Shown here in pieces: positions 59,866-64,000 of a DNA stretch of 64,000 nucleotides (within the stretch, counting starts at the first letter, position 1; every line of letters begins with the position of its first letter). The position numbers and the translations under genes were made by a program. This stretch comes from Eutreptiella sp. 'Long Island Sound 2002' (taxonomy: Eukaryota > Protista > Euglenida), in NCBI GenBank assembly GCA_964036045.1, contig OZ038378.1:175708001-175772000 (forward strand). The letters are read 5' to 3'. The notes under the pieces were generated by a model. The model was not told where the DNA came from. It did not search any database and saw only the letters and a list, made by a program, of their open reading frames with translations.

Positions 59866-61414
59866 TACAACAATTGAAAGCGTGGCTGGACTTGTGCATG
59901 GTGTTGCCTTTCATGCTGACAAACCATAACCTATGGAAGAGTGTTGTTGATTTCAAAACTTTTTTGTTTTGTTTTGCTTTTTGGTTTCATGATGTTGGGG
60001 TATGTAATAGGGAAAACAGAGTAGACAATGGTTTGCTAAATTGAAGCGAAAAACATGTGTTTTCTCCTCAAAGTGACAAGGTTGACAAGGGACACATCTA
60101 TGCATGTCGTTCATACTCATCTATCGGGTCAACCACAACCTTTCAACATTGTCACTATCTTGCTTATCCTGCTCTTGGTTCTCTAGGCCAACAACCCAAA
60201 TTCTTCATCATCTTTTGTGGTGCTTGTTTCTGGGCCTCTTTATTGTGAACCAAGAGGTTGTTAGATCAAGTACAGGCACAGGCACCATCTACTACTAGCG
60301 CAAGCATCATGCTTTTTAAACATTCCACATGAGATATAGGCCACTCAAAGAATGTAAGTAGGGCCGCTTGCACTGCCACGTTAAAATGAGCAAAGTGCCA
60401 CTGCGGAAAAACCAAAGGATATCTAAAAGATTCAATGAGCTAATTGGAAAAAATGGAAACACAAACGTCTGCCATGGAAAGTAAGTACAAATATGTGTAT
60501 TGTTACACCAGACTGTTTCAATGCGCACCAAGTGTGAATGTGCATCAATGATGAGTTGTGGTATTTCATTGCCATGTTTGATTATTGCTTTTTTTCTTGG
60601 GAGGAACAAAACGGGCCCAAAGGGAGCAAAAGAAAATTTTGGGTGGAGGGCAATGGTACCAACCCGGAGTGCCCCAAATAAAAAAATAGTGCCAAAGACG
60701 CGACTGCCAAATTTTCAATTGAAAAAGGATGCGAGACACGGGTCATCATTATCAAAAGATGCGGACTCTAGATGCTAACACGAAATTGGACCATTATTAT
60801 TGGTGATTTTAACCCCAATTTTGCATTAGATAGTTTCAAAAGTGAGGTGGCCTAGCCCACTGTACCGTTGTGTAAGACTTTAATAGCGGAGCTCAAAGGG
60901 TGGCACAGAATTGAGATATAGCTGCGCTTCCGTGCGGCCAATTTTTCTGTTCTCTCGAACGATTTTCCAGCGTGTATTGAACGGTTTTAAACCTGGTTTT
61001 GTAGCGGAGTCTACCCAGCAGAGGCTCATTTACCGGACACGACCGCCGCTGCAGCTGCAGAGGCCCAAATTGGCTCGGAATTCAGCCCCGATTGGGCCCA
61101 TAACCCGAGTGCCGACACCGCGTGCAAAATTTTCTTGACAGTTCTGCATCCCGTACCAGCACGCGAGTTATGTAAATTTAAACTATGTCTATGCTAAAAA
61201 CTGCATGACCTACCTGCGCGTCAAGGATACTCCAGCGGTGGCATGCATTTTTTTGGCTTCGTGGTTGGAACCTCGCTATGCACGGTCTGCATTTCGGTTC
61301 CTATCGCCTCACAACTTTCGCAATCTCAGTAGCACCACAAGCTTGAAAGTTAGAGGCGAATTCAGTAACATTGTACCTCGTCCTCAACAACGTCATATGC
61401 CAAACGCCATCACC

Positions 61415-61500
61415 GAAAAAATTACGTTGAAGCGGGATTCGAACCGGCGACCCACTAACCGTTAGAGGAACTTGCGAGCCGCAAACATGCTTCCAAATTA
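61415..61500 (-). other. tRNA-like relic (B-box/T-arm plus T6), not a full cloverleaf
   Basis: The minus strand reads GGGTC-GCCGGTTCGAATCCCGC-TTCAACG...TTTTTT. Anticodon and D arms could not be folded. Confidence 0.3.
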
Positions 61501-61710
61501 TGTAGTAGCTACCAATGATACACCGTCTATACCTAAAATCAGCATCTTCGATGGTACATTCAGAGGAAGGGCAGGTTACTCCATCTTTCAAACTGTATTG
61601 ATGCATCCCCACCCTATGGGGACTCCAATATCTCTCGCCTGGTATGCCCCGTAAACCAAAAATTGGGCTTCCCATAGATTCCAGCCCGTGACCCTCAAAA
61701 AAAATGTATT

Positions 61711-61860
61711 GACCCCTTGCTTGGGATTTCGGGCGTCAGGGACCCCCCCCTTGTTTAGGATTTCCGGCCTCAGGACCCCCGCTCTTTGGTATTTCTAGAG
61801 GCAGAACCCCCCTGCTTGGGATTTTTGGAGGCAAAAACCCCCGTGTTTGGGATTTGTGGG
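61711..61860 (+). repeat. ~30-bp minisatellite, 5 units
   Basis: Units of the form (g/a)accccc..tgcttgggattt..g.ggc(a)g. Confidence 0.85.
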
Positions 61861-62443
61861 GGCAGGACGGGTGTGCGTTTCCGGCCTCGGCGTCTCAAAT
61901 ACTTCGGCAGGTGTTGGCAGATGTGCTGCTGCAAGCGCTGCTGCAATGAATGTTCAAGTGCACCCTGTAGTTGCGAATTCTGGGCAGCAATACGGCAGCT
62001 CCGTGCAAGGAGCAAGGCGTTGCTGTCGAGAAGGTTGCTGATGGTGCTCACAAGCAGTGCTGGGGCGGCCGGCTGCAAAGGATCACTCATGAAAGGCTAT
62101 GCCTATTGAACGGTGAGAATGGTGCATTGGGGGGTGTCGACAGAAACGTGTAGCACAAAACGACCCGAATCTTGCACAAATATGACCGAACACGGCAGGC
62201 ACAAGCACCTGAACGGGTTTTACTCCGTCGACACCGATTCGCTTCGAGTGCGATCATCGAACCAATAATTGGAATATACTCGAATATATTCTAAAACCCA
62301 GAAAAGGAAGTGGGATCACCCAAAATCGTAGTGTAAAACTCCCAAACCTATACACATTTGATCCAATTGGCTAAATCGCGACAAGACTGTCGCATGCGTA
62401 ACGGACCCTTTTGCACGGTAGAGGGGGAGCTAGGTGGGTATTT

Positions 62444-62560
62444 GGCTTAAGCCAGTCCGGCGATGGCTTAAGCCAGTCCGGCGCCTGGCTTAAGCCGCAG
62501 CGCCGCGGCTTAAGCCAGCCGGCGCCGCGGCTTAAGCCAAAATTAAGCCGCGGCGCTGCG
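62444..62560. repeat. Phased GGCTTAAGCC palindrome array, probable transposon subterminal region
   Basis: Copies at 62444, 62465, 62487, 62507 and 62529, plus a partial one at 62543. A perfect 18-bp inverted repeat pairs 62496-62513 with 62543-62560. Confidence 0.9.
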
Positions 62561-62885
62561 CCTGTTCAGCCGCTGAAGTACCACAGACGAAAAATGAGAA
62601 CGCAACAGAATTTAACAGAAATTTCGATGTAAAATGGTTAACGCATTCATATCAAACCATGAATGATTGTGTTTCGACGAATATACCCTTGATTGGACGA
62701 TGTAACCATATCTTGACACCATTGTTTGAAATTTTGGAGATACATTCATCAAGTCACAAGGACCATTGGGCAATGCTACATACCCAGTTTCGCAGCCGAA
62801 CCATGCATGTACAAGGAGTTATTTGAGGTCGTTTTTTTTTGCATTTTGTGCTTGTTATGTGTTGTATCTTTGATATTTAGACCAC

Positions 62886-64000
62886 ATGGAGGGCCCAGGA
62901 GGTCAAGGAGTCATTGAGGAAGAAGTGGAGTATGAGTCCTCGGATGATGATGAGCCCATCAAGCAACAACGGGTAGGAACCGAGGCAATGCAACGGCCGC
63001 AGTACCAAACCCCGCAATTTGTTAAGCAAATAGACAAGATGACCCGGGACAAGCTTGGTGAAAAACAAAAGATGGTGAGACCTGATTTTGTAGTGCCCTA
63101 CACCAACCTCAATACCAACATGCGTAATCATCCCTTATTGTATGTGGCTCCAATGATCTATGTGTGGGATCCCCCAAGTCAATATGGTGTTCAAGTGAAG
63201 TGTCAAGGAGGTGATCACAAGATGCACTTGAACCAATGGCGTGATTGTTTGGCATATGATCTAGGCGGGCCCGTGTACCTTCGGAGGAGATTTTTGAAAT
63301 GCCAAAAGGCCACTTGCAAGGTCGAACCCAAGACAATGACCGTTCGGGCGGAAGGACTAGAATTTTATCCTTTTCTACACACCGCCAAGCGCGCGTTCAC
63401 GAAGCGCTTGAGCGACTTCGTGATCGCGGCTTGCGTGAACGGGACGCCACTCTCCAAGATTCAACAAGATATATTGGAAACCCAAAGGCAAGAGTGGTTG
63501 AGGAAAAAGTTGGAGTTCCAAATGAACTTCACAATGACTCAAACAGAAGGGGAACGCCGCGCAATTTTCTTGGGCCAAGAAATCCCGTATCCGGAATTTA
63601 TCAAGTTCGAAGATTACATGTACGTCCCATGCCGTGCATTAATCAAAGAAATTATTTTACAACATTGGGAGCGGTACAAATATTTCTACTTTTGGCACAT
63701 GGCAATGATGGGTGCTGACAAGTGTTCGGCGGACATGACATTCAAAAGGGCTAAATTCATCGTCACCAAGCAAGGAAAATGTTATGCACCCCAATGGAAA
63801 GGAGTTTACCAAATCCTCAACGAAGCCGGCATGGTCATTAGTTGGGCATTCACTCGAACACAAGCCACCCAAGTGTCACAAGTATGTAGGTGAATCCTTA
63901 CGGTGTTTGTTTTCTTCTACATCATCATGTAACAATGTTTGTTGGTTTGCATTAGGTGGAAGAAGTTGCCGCGCGGCCCAATGTGCAAAGCAATTTGGAG
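62886..64000 (+). CDS. MULE-like DDE transposase, 3'-incomplete (exon 62886-63881, intron 63882-63955, exon 63956->64000)
   Basis: 332-codon exon with IYVWDP, C...C/H zinc-finger-like residues, YPFLHT, CSADMTFK (first catalytic Asp, DxTFK type) and ILNEAG. A GT-AG intron follows and the frame stays open to the window edge. Confidence 0.7.

Noticed and set aside
61711-62560. CRISPR-like appearance of the 30-bp units and the palindrome array
   Set aside because: No unique spacers of constant length, no cas genes, and a eukaryotic context.

Overview
Repeat-rich eukaryotic nuclear DNA. It has GT-AG introns, many poly-G/poly-C runs, TTAGGG-like tracts and a pyrimidine-tract/AG just upstream of each start codon. 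The overall style suggests a euglenid or other euglenozoan, but that is inference. Four protein genes can be supported: (1) a type II membrane GT-A-like glycosyltransferase (14190-15437, -) with a degraded coding-like extension down to ~12.3 kb; (2) a ~14 kb, ~15-exon choline/carnitine acyltransferase-fold gene (24192-38498, +) whose catalytic His and carnitine-binding motifs are replaced and which carries two charged coiled-coil/KGK inserts; (3) a two-exon multi-TM hybrid histidine kinase-receiver (49171-52181, +); (4) an intron-containing MULE-like DDE transposase running off the right edge (62886-64000, +), preceded by a phased GGCTTAAGCC palindrome array. The rest includes a ~1.15 kb tandem satellite ending in a degenerate telomeric tract, several non-autonomous TIR elements with readable target-site duplications (two share ends but carry different inserts), three 5'-truncated poly(A) retroposons with TSDs, an interrupted SAM-domain ORF, and decayed coding remnants. 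No rRNA, intact tRNA or CRISPR array was seen. Exon models were built by hand from splice signals and motif continuity; 27.4-30.6 kb is only partly resolved. All family assignments are from motif recognition, not database searches.
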